Source of the DNA: Caedibacter taeniospiralis
Lineage (GTDB): Bacteria > Pseudomonadota > Gammaproteobacteria > Francisellales > Francisellaceae
Assembly (NCBI RefSeq): GCF_002803295.2
Contig: NZ_PGGB02000004.1
Coordinates: 82,265-101,900, forward strand
Length of the DNA stretch: 19,636 nt
Direction: 5' to 3'
The notes beneath the pieces were generated by a model, which saw nothing but the letters and a program-made list of their open reading frames with translations, was not told the origin of the DNA and ran no database searches. Positions within the stretch are counted from its first letter, which is position 1, and every line of letters begins with the position of its first letter. Positions 1-9,866 of the stretch are shown here, one piece after another. A program made the translations under genes and the position numbers.

Positions 1-2072
1 CTAAGACCAATTTCACGCGCAAGGCACACCACTTTGCGCGCCACATCCAAGCCAGATAAATCCTCACGTGGATCGGGCTCCGTATAACCCTTTTGATAAG
101 CCAGCATTAAACTTTCAACGAAACTTTTTCCACGATTAACCTCGTTAAAAATAAAACTCAATGTGCCTGAGAATACCCCTTGGATCTTAGTGATCTGATC
201 CCCTGTTTTTTGCATCATATCAATCGTGCTAATCAAGGGTAACCCAGCACAGACATTAGTTTCATACCTGAAACTCACATTATAGGCTTGTGCCGTTGCT
301 CTTAATTGGTGGTAATACGCCATCGACTGCGTATTGGCATATTTATTTGGTGTCACCACACTGATTCCTTGACTTAAGAATTTGACATAATTTTTGGCAA
401 TATCTGCACTTGCGGTGGCATCAACAACCACCTTATGCGCACACGAAATGGATTGTAAGTGTTTGATGAGTGCCTCAACATCTGCGGTCTTCTCGCTAGC
501 CTTTAGTGCTTCTAGGACATTTTCTTGCAATAACAGATTCTCAGCGCAAAGCAACTTGCTGGAATTCATTACCGAAACCAGGTCAAGATTTATACTTTTT
601 TGCGCAAGTGCTTCCTGCTGAGCTTGCAACTGCTTGATAAGACTCACGCCAATGCCACCTACACCGATGATGGCAACCGCCATATTCTGTGTGGGTGGAT
701 TTTTTGCCTGCTGATGAATTAAGTTTAATGCTAACTCTTCATCTTCTTGTTTGACCGTCACGGTAATGCTGCGCTCAGAAGAGCCCTGCGTGATCGCATG
801 AATATTGATCTTGGCATCGGCTAACGGCTTAATCACGCGCGCCAATGCTCCTGGCTGTGCTCTTAATCCATCACCTACTGCAGTGACCATGGCATAACCT
901 GTTTCACAATAGATATGCTCAATGTCGCCTCGCTCTATTTCTGCTTTGAAGTGACGCTCTAAGGCTCTTGTCGATTTTTTCGCGAATTTAGATTCTATGG
1001 CAAAGCAAATGGAATACTCCGAGCTTGATTGGGAAATCATCATGACCGAAACCTCATTTTGCTCAAGTACTGAGAATACCTTAGCTGCAATCCCAGAAAC
1101 TCCAATAATCCCCGCCCCTTGAACGCGCATTAAAGCCACATTGGAAATACTGGTTAGCCCTTTTATTAAGTATTGCGCAAGATTGCTTTGATCTAATTGT
1201 TTGATAATTTCTGTACCTGGTTTTTGAGGTTCATAGCTACTCTTGATTTCAATGGGAATCCCCATTTCCATCATGGGATTTATGGTCAATGGGTGCACAA
1301 CTGAGGCACCAAAGTACGCCAGCTCCAGCGCCTCCTTATAAGATAAATACTTTAATTGCCTGGCACCTTTAACCACTTCAGGGTTCGCACTATAAACCCC
1401 AGCAACATCAGTCCAGATCACCAACTTACTGGCATGCAGCAACTTCGCAAAAATAGCCGAAGAGTAATCACTGCAATTCATGCCTAAGATGCTACGCACA
1501 CCTTCCTGATTTTGCGCAATAAATCCCGTAATAATATAAATGATCTGATCCTTTTTAGTCATTCGTGCATCAATCGCCTGCTGGCTTTTTTGCCAATCAA
1601 CCACGATAGGTTTCTGGTTATCGTCAATAAACAAAACTTCTGAGGCATCAATGAATTCTGTCTCTAAACCACTCTCTTTCAGGGCAGCTGTGAGGATTTG
1701 TGCCGACCAAAGCTCCCCAAAACCCAAGATAAAATATTCAAGCGCCTCACCACAAATCCGACTGATGGAAATCGTCATAAACATTTGTTGAAGATGAGTT
1801 ATGTCTTCGCTAAATAAATCTACCAGTGTATTATTTTCAGAGCACAGCGCTTTTATCAGCCCCAAATGATGTTCACTCATTTGCACAAGCAACTTACTGC
1901 TATCTTTACCCTCCAAAGATAACTCGATTGCTTTTTTCAAGAAACTTGTGGTTTTACCACTGGCAGAGACAACAACGGACTGCGGTGTGGCACCAATAAT
2001 ATTCATGACACGTTGAATTTTTATTGCATCTGCAAGGCTACTTCCACCAAATTTATGCACCACATATCCCAT
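1..2072 (-). CDS. thrA: Bifunctional aspartokinase / homoserine dehydrogenase (partial, continues beyond left edge)
   Basis: Not in the ORF track. My minus-strand reading from ATG at 2072..2070 gives MGYVVHKFGGSSLADAIKIQRVMNII..., with the aspartokinase KFGGSS motif, then ACT-like regions, then a homoserine dehydrogenase NAD-binding region (VAIIGVGGIGVSLIKQL) and VVTPNKYAN. Open to the window edge. Confidence 0.93.
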   Translation of the reverse strand, partial: MGYVVHKFGGSSLADAIKIQRVMNIIGATPQSVVVSASGKTTSFLKKAIELSLEGKDSSKLLVQMSEHHLGLIKALCSENNTLVDLFSEDITHLQQMFMTISISRICGEALEYFILGFGELWSAQILTAALKESGLETEFIDASEVLFIDDNQKPIVVDWQKSQQAIDARMTKKDQIIYIITGFIAQNQEGVRSILGMNCSDYSSAIFAKLLHASKLVIWTDVAGVYSANPEVVKGARQLKYLSYKEALELAYFGASVVHPLTINPMMEMGIPIEIKSSYEPQKPGTEIIKQLDQSNLAQYLIKGLTSISNVALMRVQGAGIIGVSGIAAKVFSVLEQNEVSVMMISQSSSEYSICFAIESKFAKKSTRALERHFKAEIERGDIEHIYCETGYAMVTAVGDGLRAQPGALARVIKPLADAKINIHAITQGSSERSITVTVKQEDEELALNLIHQQAKNPPTQNMAVAIIGVGGIGVSLIKQLQAQQEALAQKSINLDLVSVMNSSKLLCAENLLLQENVLEALKASEKTADVEALIKHLQSISCAHKVVVDATASADIAKNYVKFLSQGISVVTPNKYANTQSMAYYHQLRATAQAYNVSFRYETNVCAGLPLISTIDMMQKTGDQITKIQGVFSGTLSFIFNEVNRGKSFVESLMLAYQKGYTEPDPREDLSGLDVARKVVCLAREIGL

Positions 2073-2186
2073 TTACTGCTCACCCTAGAAACTTGCCGTA
2101 AAGCCTCATTATATAAATATTTCCTGGCAAAACTCATTATAAAAGTTTAAAAATATGTATCCCTTTTATTGTACATACTCAGTTTG

Positions 2187-2198
2187 GAGTATATACTC
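2187..2198. promoter_or_regulatory. Perfect 12-bp palindrome GAGTATATACTC upstream of vapB-like gene, candidate operator
   Basis: Direct reading, ~30 bp before the antitoxin start. An ATACTC half-site also lies at 2175-2180. Confidence 0.4.
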
Positions 2199-2221
2199 AT
2201 GCGTGTGTACGTAATGATGGA

Positions 2222-2458
2222 GTGACAACAATGATTGCAACAGTTTTTAAAAATGGGAATAGTCAAGCAGTGCGAATACCAAAGGCTTTACAGATTCACA
2301 CTAACAAGGTCGACATCACTAAAGTAGGTAGTGCATTAGTTATCAGAGAACTCCCTCAATCCTGGGATGAGGCATTTCAGTGCTTAAGTGAATTTGAAGA
2401 TTTCATGATTGAGGGAAAAAGTGATTTTCCTCCACAAACTCGAGAAGAATTTAAGTGA
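2222..2458 (+). CDS. vapB: VapB-family antitoxin (SpoVT/AbrB-like); likely start ATG at 2231 or GTG at 2222
   Basis: MIATVFKNGNSQAVRIPKALQ is typical of the VapB/AbrB fold; directly overlaps a PIN-domain gene. Confidence 0.85.
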   Translation: MTTMIATVFKNGNSQAVRIPKALQIHTNKVDITKVGSALVIRELPQSWDEAFQCLSEFEDFMIEGKSDFPPQTREEFK

Positions 2459-2880
2459 TTAAATCAATGCTTGATACAAACATTTGTATTTTTATTATCA
2501 ATGAACGCCCTCCAATGGTGCTTGAAAGGCTAAAAGAATATAGATTCAACGAAATTGCCATATCTTCTATCGTCTACTCTGAACTAGCCTATGGCGCCTA
2601 CAAAAGCAAAAAAATAGATAAGAATATTGCAGCCCTTGCAGGTTTTGTTGCTCCACTATCAATCCTGAGCTTTGATAAAAACGCTGCCAACGAATATGGC
2701 ATCATACGATCCTCACTTGAATACCAAGGTCAGCTCATTGGGGCTAATGACCTATTGATAGCCGCACATGCAAAGAGCATGGATGTACCACTTATCACAA
2801 ATAACCTTAAGGAATTTAGCAGAGTTGAAGGACTAACGGTTATTGATTGGACCAAAACCACAACCCGCTCGAGAATTTAG
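2455..2880 (+). CDS. vapC: VapC-family PIN-domain ribonuclease toxin
   Basis: MLDTNICIFIINERP at N-terminus and AANDLLIAAHAKSMDVPLITNNLKEFSRVEGL at C-terminus match the PIN acidic motifs; GTGA overlap with the vapB stop. Confidence 0.9.
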   Translation: MIKSMLDTNICIFIINERPPMVLERLKEYRFNEIAISSIVYSELAYGAYKSKKIDKNIAALAGFVAPLSILSFDKNAANEYGIIRSSLEYQGQLIGANDLLIAAHAKSMDVPLITNNLKEFSRVEGLTVIDWTKTTTRSRI

Positions 2881-3045
2881 CGACTTTGGGGCAACTTTCA
2901 TTCTCACCAGTGGACACACACAATGAAAGCAGATGTTGCACGCGCTTGATCGTCCACAACCCCCCTCTTCATTCCAACAAATCGCATTGATCAAACCCGT
3001 GCTGAATGGTTGTAATCTATCCACTAAGCGCAAACCTTCGCAGGT

Positions 3046-3927
3046 TTAGAAAGTATAGGAAACCCCCATCTGGAAGGTGTTCACTGAGAGGACCTTAGAG
3101 TTTGAGAAAAGGTGATCATACTCAAGATTTAAGCCAATTCCATTGGTAAATAAATAGCCAACTTCAGTGCCGATGCGTGGTGCGACACTACTGCCAATAC
3201 TATTGCTTGGCTGACCAGAAGGAGTGGATTGACTGTTTTTGACATAGGCAACCCCCGCTTTTCCTGTCAGGTTAAAGCCTGACTGGAACAGATATTTTAC
3301 TCGAAGCATGGTATTAATATCCCAGCTTTTGTAATCAACCGCATCCTTTGAGACTTTCCCATCATAGTTAAAGCCCAGTTCAAAACCTGCTAAAAACCCT
3401 TTGTTAAAGTGCCAGTCGTAACCCGCTCTTAAGCCACCTGAAGCAGAGATTCCCTTGCTGGTAATATTAGAACCTCCTACGGATGCCCCCATGAAGAACC
3501 CCTCAAATTCATATGCTAGAATTGTTGGAGAAGGCTCTACTTTGCTATAGTTAAACTGATCTGGGAAAGTCAGATCGTAAATAAGCTTTTTGCTCTTAGG
3601 ATGGTAAATTTTAACGTGAGTCGATGCCTGATTAATCACAACATAGCCTTGATCCAATGAAATGACCGGGGCATCACTATAGCCTAACTGGTCCACTAAA
3701 ATAATGGGCATATTGTTGCCTGTTACAGTTGGTGGGAATTTGATGTAGGTTTTATTTTGATCTACAAAGCCAAGCATGGGCTTGTAGGTTGAGTCTGAAG
3801 AGATCGTTTTGATATCAAAGTTAAAGTTAGTTGAAGGCAATGAAACCTCATCTGCAATAGCGATCGAAGTAAGACAACTCACGATTAATATTGGACCCAG
3901 AAGCTTGTTTTTCCACATAATATTCAT
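3046..3927 (-). CDS. Outer-membrane beta-barrel protein (OmpA-like barrel / porin-like); track start 4107 probably too long
   Basis: Internal in-frame ATG at 3927 begins MNIMWKNKLLGPILIVSCLTSIAIADEV, a signal peptide. Alternating strands and C-terminal VNTFQMGVSYTF are typical of OMP barrels. Confidence 0.75.
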   Translation of the reverse strand: MNIMWKNKLLGPILIVSCLTSIAIADEVSLPSTNFNFDIKTISSDSTYKPMLGFVDQNKTYIKFPPTVTGNNMPIILVDQLGYSDAPVISLDQGYVVINQASTHVKIYHPKSKKLIYDLTFPDQFNYSKVEPSPTILAYEFEGFFMGASVGGSNITSKGISASGGLRAGYDWHFNKGFLAGFELGFNYDGKVSKDAVDYKSWDINTMLRVKYLFQSGFNLTGKAGVAYVKNSQSTPSGQPSNSIGSSVAPRIGTEVGYLFTNGIGLNLEYDHLFSNSKVLSVNTFQMGVSYTF

Positions 3928-4022
3928 TCCATGCAAAAGATGATAAAGCAATGCCAGAGAGTATAAACAGAATAGATAGCAAGCGAAAGATTTTTTGCCC
4001 CTGCGCGAAAGATTTTTCGCCA

Positions 4023-4223
4023 CTACTTGGTTGTGTAAATTTGCTTTAATAGACTTAAGCAATATAAAGATGACAAGCCAATGACAACATAAGTTACTTT
4101 TTGCCATGTCGCTGAATCACTAAAAACGCTGGTGATAAGGTTAAAATTAAACACAGCTGAAATGAACCAGTTAAATCCACCGATGATAGTGAGAAGCAGC
4201 GCCAATGTATTGAGAAAACGCAT
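4023..4223 (-). CDS. DUF378-like small membrane protein (YuzA-like)
   Basis: MRFLNTLALLLTIIGGFNWFISAVFNFNLITSVF...VTYVVIGLSSLYCLSLL: two TM segments with the GGFNW and GLSSLY patterns of the family. Confidence 0.75.
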   Translation of the reverse strand: MRFLNTLALLLTIIGGFNWFISAVFNFNLITSVFSDSATWQKVTYVVIGLSSLYCLSLLKQIYTTK

Positions 4224-4256
4224 ATTTTTTCCTTGGTTTTTAAGTTGATAAACGCA

Positions 4257-4275
4257 TACGTTCTTAGAGAACGTA
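4257..4275. repeat. Inverted repeat TACGTTCT-TAG-AGAACGTA upstream of the DUF378-like gene
   Basis: 8-bp perfect arms, 3-nt loop, read directly. Confidence 0.5.
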
Positions 4276-4326
4276 CGCCTGCGATTTTAATGCAAGCGAC
4301 CGATAAAAAATAGCTGTTTACTGCTT

Positions 4327-5679
4327 TTAATCGTTGTGTAGCTTGGCAAACAAATCATGCTCATTAGCATCAGTGATGGTAACATTGACAAATAAGCCTT
4401 TGGCGATTGAACCGTTATGGCTATTGATGTTTTCAATAATGACTACACCATCGACTTCAGGAGCATCATATTGTGTTCGCGCCAGAGCAATATTTTCATC
4501 CGTGCGTATTTCATCAATAATCACTTTTTGTGTCGTGCCAATATGTCGCTTTAAACGCCTGGCACTGATGCGTGATTGTATCACCATAAAGCGCTCCAGG
4601 CGCTCTTGCTTAAGCTCTTTAGAAACCAGATTGGGGAAGCTATTGGCCTTGGCTCCTTCCACTTCAGAATAAGTAAAACAGCCAACCCGATCAAGCTCGG
4701 CTTCTTTGAGAAAGTTAAGCAGTTCAGTAAAATCTTCCTCGGTTTCACCAGGAAAGCCAATAATAAACGTGCTGCGAATCGTTAAATCAGGACATATTGT
4801 GCGCCAACGCTTAATCGCTTCCAGCGTATTAGTAGCATTGGCGGGGCGCTTCATCAGTTTCAAGATGCGTGCTGAGGCATGTTGAAAAGGAATATCCAGA
4901 TAAGGTGTAATTTTGCCTTCTGCCATCAGCGGAATAACCTTATCGACATGTGGATAAGGATAAACATAGTGCATACGCACCCAGACGCCCAATGTCGAGA
5001 GCGCCTCTGCCAAATCAATAAAACGGCTTTGATAAACCTGGTTATTCCATTGGGCTTCGGCGTATTTAATATCAACACCATACGCACTTGTGTCTTGTGA
5101 GATCACAAGGAGCTCCTTAACGCCTGCATTGACAAGGCGTTTTGCCTCAAGCATCACATCATCAATTTTGCGTGAGTTTAATTTGCCACGAATATCGGGA
5201 ATAATGCAAAAGGTGCAGCTGTTATTGCAACCTTCAGAAATTTTAAGATAGGCATAATGGCGTGGTGTGAGCTTAATGCCCTGGGCGGGGATTAATGAAG
5301 TAAAGGCATGATGTTCAATGGGCAGATTTTCATGTACTGCTTTGACCAGATTTTCATAGTCTTGAGGTCCTGAAATGCCAAGGACATTGGGGTATTTTTC
5401 TAAGATCATCTCTGACTTTTTACCCAAACATCCTGTAACCAGTACTTTGCCGTTCTCATCCAAAGCCTCACCAATCGCTTCTAAGGACTCTTCAATTGCG
5501 GAATTTAAAAAACCGCAGGTATTAACAACCACTAAATCAGCATGGCTATAATCAGCGGCAATTTCATAACCATCTGTTTTTAGTTTTGTAATAATGCGTT
5601 CAGAGTCAACTAAATTTTTAGGACAGCCAAGACTTACAAAGCCTATTTTTGGGGCGTTTATCTGCATAATGATACTCAT
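4327..5679 (-). CDS. rimO: Ribosomal protein S12 methylthiotransferase RimO (start may be 5679 or internal ATG at 5664)
   Basis: [30 protein letters not shown], radical SAM motif [18 protein letters not shown], and a C-terminal TRAM-like region. Confidence 0.96.
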   Translation of the reverse strand: MSIIMQINAPKIGFVSLGCPKNLVDSERIITKLKTDGYEIAADYSHADLVVVNTCGFLNSAIEESLEAIGEALDENGKVLVTGCLGKKSEMILEKYPNVLGISGPQDYENLVKAVHENLPIEHHAFTSLIPAQGIKLTPRHYAYLKISEGCNNSCTFCIIPDIRGKLNSRKIDDVMLEAKRLVNAGVKELLVISQDTSAYGVDIKYAEAQWNNQVYQSRFIDLAEALSTLGVWVRMHYVYPYPHVDKVIPLMAEGKITPYLDIPFQHASARILKLMKRPANATNTLEAIKRWRTICPDLTIRSTFIIGFPGETEEDFTELLNFLKEAELDRVGCFTYSEVEGAKANSFPNLVSKELKQERLERFMVIQSRISARRLKRHIGTTQKVIIDEIRTDENIALARTQYDAPEVDGVVIIENINSHNGSIAKGLFVNVTITDANEHDLFAKLHND

Positions 5680-5688
5680 GGGTTAATT

Positions 5689-6555
5689 TTATCTGCGGTA
5701 TTGTAACTGGAATGGATTTTGATCAAAACAAATATTTTTAAAAGATTCATGATCAAGCTCAACATATAGAATATGCTCACCCGTTTCAACGTGATTGACG
5801 ACTTGTCCCTTATTGTCAATCGCCATGCTGTTACCATAAAATAGCATGTCAGCATCTTCATGTACGCCACTTTGATTTGCTGCAAGAATCATCGTGCTAT
5901 TTTCAAGTGCTCGTGATTTTAACAGCAGTGACCAGGCGTGAGTCCCTATATCACTACTAAAGGCGGCACTTAAGACAAAAATGTCGGCGCCTTGCTTTTT
6001 TAAGTAGCGAAAAACCTCAGGCGAAAACAGATCATAGGTCGAGGTTAAACCCAGGTTGGCAAATGGTGTCTCAATGACTTTGACTACTTCACCGTACTCT
6101 TGATCCTGAAGGAGACTATGCGTCGATTGGAAGGCATAAGGCAAGGCAGGTTGTAAGTGGTAATAGACTTCATGTAGCGCTCCTAAAGCATCATAAACAA
6201 CGCTGGACAAGTAATACTTTTGCTTACTGTATTCAGAAACGATGGGAACGCCGCTGGCAATAATCCAGATTTGATTTTCCTGACTCAACTTTTGCAAGTA
6301 ATCCTGAATACGACCTTCGCCTAAAATCTCTTTGTTAATCTCATAATCAGATGCGTTGAGCGAAAAAAGTGCGCATCTGTCGGGAAAAATAATGAGCTTA
6401 GCACCATTTTGAGCTGCTTTTTCAACCATACGCTTTAGGCAAAGTAAGTTCACTCCAACCGCCAGGCACGCATTTATCTGAGCTATTGCTACCTTTGCCA
6501 TTGCACCCCTCATTTGTCCTGATCCGCTGAGGTCATTAGTATATAACTCCATCAA
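5689..6555 (-). CDS. Carbon-nitrogen hydrolase (nitrilase superfamily, NAD synthetase amidase-domain-like)
   Basis: VAIAQINACLAVGVNLLCLKRMVEKAAQNGAKLIIFPD and later GLTSTYDLFSPEVFRYLKKQGADIFVLSAAFS resemble nitrilase-fold proteins, but the usual catalytic Cys context (xxYDxxFPE) reads STYDLFSPE, so activity is uncertain. The true start may be the ATG at MRGAMAKVA. Confidence 0.72.
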   Translation of the reverse strand: MMELYTNDLSGSGQMRGAMAKVAIAQINACLAVGVNLLCLKRMVEKAAQNGAKLIIFPDRCALFSLNASDYEINKEILGEGRIQDYLQKLSQENQIWIIASGVPIVSEYSKQKYYLSSVVYDALGALHEVYYHLQPALPYAFQSTHSLLQDQEYGEVVKVIETPFANLGLTSTYDLFSPEVFRYLKKQGADIFVLSAAFSSDIGTHAWSLLLKSRALENSTMILAANQSGVHEDADMLFYGNSMAIDNKGQVVNHVETGEHILYVELDHESFKNICFDQNPFQLQYRR

Positions 6556-6669
6556 GCAACAATAAAGAGGTTACGCGATAGGGTTTTTGATATTTTAGGG
6601 TTTTCCATAAAAAAGCTAAAAACAGGTGGAGTATTTTGTTATGCTGCATATACTGAGGATAGGTAAGGT

Positions 6670-6723
6670 GTTAGCCGCACTGGAAGCATAGGGCTAACAG
6701 AGGGCAAAAGCCATGCGGCTAAC
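6670..6723 (+). repeat. Inverted repeat GTTAGCCGCA (6670-6679) / TGCGGCTAAC (6714-6723) in the leader of the 6744 ORF
   Basis: 10-bp perfect arms, ending 7 nt before the AGGAGG at 6731-6736. Confidence 0.6.
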
Positions 6724-6743
6724 CAAGAACAGGAGGATGCGCT

Positions 6744-7190
6744 ATGACTACGTCACTTGATCAATTATTTACCAAACAACAACGCATTCAATTCGACAGC
6801 TGTTGCCAATACTATGAGTTAGCCTTGTCTTATTTTGGATACAACGTGCAAGCTCAGTGCTGCATTGATGATAAGAAAAAAATCGTGCTTTATGCGGTCA
6901 ATGTTTTTTATCAAGGTCAGCAGCATCAGGTGTTTACAGCTTTAACCTTAGAAGAATTCTATAAAAAAATGGAGTTAGTTTATCAGCTTTATCTTTACGC
7001 TAAGGATCATCAAACTGATCTAGATGAAGCATTGGATTATTACCTTGATGAGTATCAGCAGTTTATCGCGATCCAAGGTGAGATAGATGATCTGCTAAAT
7101 TGGCAGGATTTTGTCGATGAAGAACTCAGTAAGACGAGTCCCTATAGCTATGATATGGTACTAAGTAGTGAAAACAGGACATTGCACTAA
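6744..7190 (+). CDS. Hypothetical protein, 148 aa
   Basis: Strong Shine-Dalgarno (AGGAGG, 6731-6736), ATG start, acidic/Gln/Tyr-rich sequence, no family recognised. Confidence 0.75.
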   Translation: MTTSLDQLFTKQQRIQFDSCCQYYELALSYFGYNVQAQCCIDDKKKIVLYAVNVFYQGQQHQVFTALTLEEFYKKMELVYQLYLYAKDHQTDLDEALDYYLDEYQQFIAIQGEIDDLLNWQDFVDEELSKTSPYSYDMVLSSENRTLH

Positions 7191-7233
7191 GGTTGCTGAA
7201 TAAGAAATAGGGATGATTTGAGTTTATAAGTTT

Positions 7234-8436
7234 CTAAAGTCTAGGAAGCGCATTAAGTAATGTCAGTATCTCAAGCAAAATCATAGCCCCAGCGATCAAT
7301 AAAACCATTCCAAGATAGACCTTACTTAGGAGGTGATTCTTATTTTGTCGCCCACGAATAACCCAAGCCATTGCCGCAGGTAAGCCAATGAGTAAAATGG
7401 CGACAAAAATGCTGGCATAACCTAGCGCAATGATAAAGCCCTTGGGATATAAAACTGCAAATAAGAAAGGGGGTAGAAAAGTAATCATAAATGCGGCACC
7501 TTTATCGAGGTGTGTCAGTCGTTGTAGCCGATACGTATCGCGATTAAAGTCAAACAGTCCAAGGGTGACACCCAAAAACGAGGTGGTAATTGCAACCGAT
7601 TCAAACAAATAAGCAAAACTACCGACGTGGGCACTGTGGTAACTTCCCACAATTCCTGAGCTAGTATTCCCATTTTGAATAATACCTTGAAAACCATCAG
7701 CACCATAAACAGGGATGGAACCCAAGGTGCAAATTATCCAAATTAAGTAAATCACCAGTGGGATGAGGCTTCCAAAAATAATGGCGTTACGTAAAGTCTT
7801 TCGATCAGATTTAACATAAGTGCGCAAGGTTGGGATAATGTGGTGAAAGCCAAAAGAAGTAATCAAAATGGGAAACGTAATCCACACAAAGTTCGATGAA
7901 CGAGTTTCTGTGCTCAAGAGTACTTGCTGAACGCTGGGGATTATCGCAACAACAAAAGCGAAAAAAGCTAGAAATTTAACCAGCATCAATACCTTATTAG
8001 CATGATCTACGGCGCGTGTGCCAATATAAACAAAGAAACCCAGAACTAAGATAAACAAAGCACTGTTAAGCGTGTCAGGTAAATATATATCGAGTTTGTC
8101 AAGTCCCCCGGCAACGAGATTCCCTCCACCTGCACTATAAGCAGCAGTAAGGGAGTAAAGGAGTAAGAGATAGGAAATCAAGGTGATGATCTGACCACGC
8201 TTACCCAGGGTTGACTGCGCCATACGACTGAAGTTAGTGCCATCAGGCATTGACATGTTGACTTCCGCTAATAGCAATGCCGTAAGCATCATCACAAACC
8301 AGACAATGACTAAAAGCAGACTTGCAAGCCAAAAACCACAAGCAGCAACTGTGGCTGGAATGGCTAACATTCCTGCACCGACACTGGTGCCAGTGATAAT
8401 CATTGCTGCACCAAAACCTCGAGAAGACAGCCACAT
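7234..8436 (-). CDS. tyrP: Aromatic amino acid permease of the HAAAP family (TyrP/Mtr-like)
   Basis: MIITGTSVGAGMLAIPATVAACGF...ALLLAEVNMSMP, multiple TM helices, FGFHHIIPTLRTY. Confidence 0.85.
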   Translation of the reverse strand: MWLSSRGFGAAMIITGTSVGAGMLAIPATVAACGFWLASLLLVIVWFVMMLTALLLAEVNMSMPDGTNFSRMAQSTLGKRGQIITLISYLLLLYSLTAAYSAGGGNLVAGGLDKLDIYLPDTLNSALFILVLGFFVYIGTRAVDHANKVLMLVKFLAFFAFVVAIIPSVQQVLLSTETRSSNFVWITFPILITSFGFHHIIPTLRTYVKSDRKTLRNAIIFGSLIPLVIYLIWIICTLGSIPVYGADGFQGIIQNGNTSSGIVGSYHSAHVGSFAYLFESVAITTSFLGVTLGLFDFNRDTYRLQRLTHLDKGAAFMITFLPPFLFAVLYPKGFIIALGYASIFVAILLIGLPAAMAWVIRGRQNKNHLLSKVYLGMVLLIAGAMILLEILTLLNALPRL

Positions 8437-8502
8437 AAGGCGTTAATCCTTTAATTTGTTTGGTGAGCATTGTAGCGATGAATGGTGAGCTCGACAATAA
8501 CG

Positions 8503-8823
8503 TTAGCTCATCAGTTGAAATGTAAAAACACAGTAAGACATGACTTTCCCATGGTGAAAACTAACTCCCTCAGCTTGAAGATATGCGATTTTCTGGTCAA
8601 TTTTATCCCCACGGGTATGCCCATTGTAACCCCCAATAGACAAGTCAGATTTTACCACTCTGTGGCAAGGCACCTCTGGAGCATTGAGATTTCGCTTAAG
8701 CGCCTGACCAATGGCTTGAGCACTGTTACAGCTTATGTATCGTGCAAGATGTTTATAGGTAGTGACCTTACCTTTTGGTATCAGCATTAAAGCCGAGTAA
8801 ACCCGCTGTTGAAACTCTGTCAT
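8503..8823 (-). CDS. Short MGMT/Ogt-family DNA alkyltransferase domain protein (106 aa)
   Basis: FQQRVYSALMLIPKGKVTTYKHLARYI...IGQALKRNLNAPEVPCHRVVKSDLSIGGYNG; PCHRV active-site motif retained. Confidence 0.85.
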   Translation of the reverse strand: MTEFQQRVYSALMLIPKGKVTTYKHLARYISCNSAQAIGQALKRNLNAPEVPCHRVVKSDLSIGGYNGHTRGDKIDQKIAYLQAEGVSFHHGKVMSYCVFTFQLMS

Positions 8824-8838
8824 TACGCTTACATCCTA

Positions 8839-9810
8839 TCAATTGCTGGATACTGAAACCGATACCCCGCTAGTTGATAGACTACAGCTCAGATCACCAT
8901 TAGTGGCACTTGAACAACTAGACACAGGAAAAGAAAAACTGATATTCGTGGTCGTATTAGACGTATTGACAATTTGGGCGTAAAGCCTTGCAACTTGGTA
9001 ATTTGCAGTGTTACTACCAATCGTTAAGCTGGTTAAGGCATAGCTTGAACTGCCACCAACAAGCTGATCACTGGTGAGATTTGTCGTGTTACTTGACATG
9101 CTAAGTGCGCTGTTGCACGCGCTGAAATTGGCATTACAGAATTTAATTGAGTTATAGGTAGAGCTTGAACCGCTGGCATTACCTGTGATCTTGAGACTAA
9201 TGGCATGAGTTGAGGATGCGTTAGTCAATGGATTGATAAAAAGATTACCTTCTTTGGCAATTCCATAGCTGTAACTGCTATTAACTGCTGAAAACGTTGC
9301 CTGAAACTTAGTTGAGGAGTTTTTGGGATAATAAGGACTTCCACCGTAGTTGTTGTACGGGCTGTTGGCGTTTGAACTGTTTGAGCTGACATTGGCTGTC
9401 TGTCCATCCTTACTTTCTGCGTCTGTACCCTCGGTTGATTTGTCTGATGGTGTTAGGGCATCCGTCTGTTGTTTTGGGCTTTGACTCTTATATCCTTCAG
9501 GTGCTGGCGCACCACCTGGCAAGAAAATAGGACTATTCATTGCCTCGCGATCCATGGGGGACAAGGGTTGTGCAGGCTTATCAGTAATAATCGATTTAAT
9601 ATTTTTTTTCTGGACACTGCTTAACTTCTGGACTTCCCCCGTTAAATTATCAATCGTCTGTTGATTCTGCATGAGCAAGCTTCTAAGCAGCTGTTCATTG
9701 TTTGTAGCTTTTTCACCAGCAAGAGATCTGTTGTTGATTTGGTTGGCAGTGGTTGCAAAAGCATTATGTAAGATGGAAAGCCCAAATAATAAACCAAAGC
9801 GTGTTTTCAT
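8839..9810 (-). CDS. Secreted/envelope hypothetical protein, Ser/Asn/Gly-rich, signal peptide
   Basis: MKTRFGLLFGLSILHNAFATT signal-like N-terminus, coiled/linker middle, Ser/Asn/Thr-rich C-terminal domain with four cysteines. Confidence 0.65.
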   Translation of the reverse strand: MKTRFGLLFGLSILHNAFATTANQINNRSLAGEKATNNEQLLRSLLMQNQQTIDNLTGEVQKLSSVQKKNIKSIITDKPAQPLSPMDREAMNSPIFLPGGAPAPEGYKSQSPKQQTDALTPSDKSTEGTDAESKDGQTANVSSNSSNANSPYNNYGGSPYYPKNSSTKFQATFSAVNSSYSYGIAKEGNLFINPLTNASSTHAISLKITGNASGSSSTYNSIKFCNANFSACNSALSMSSNTTNLTSDQLVGGSSSYALTSLTIGSNTANYQVARLYAQIVNTSNTTTNISFSFPVSSCSSATNGDLSCSLSTSGVSVSVSSN

Positions 9811-9866
9811 GGCGGCAGTAAAGCATATTTAAACTAGAAACGATTGTATAAGAAAAGTGCGCTGGA

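Noticed and set aside
394-621. 75-aa plus-strand ORF
   Set aside because: Antisense to thrA coding sequence, which the track misses because it is open at the edge.
2833-3033. 66-aa minus-strand ORF between vapC and the OMP gene
   Set aside because: Overlaps the vapC end, atypical composition, no Shine-Dalgarno or family match.
3046-4107. Full 353-aa start for the OMP gene
   Set aside because: The first 60 residues overlap the DUF378 gene and precede a convincing signal peptide starting at 3927.
4334-5100. Plus-strand ORFs 4334..4672, 4576..4785 and 4879..5100
   Set aside because: Antisense to rimO, which has unambiguous motifs.
7430-7706. ORFs 7430..7612 (+) and 7515..7706 (-)
   Set aside because: Overlap the aromatic permease gene in other frames; no independent support.
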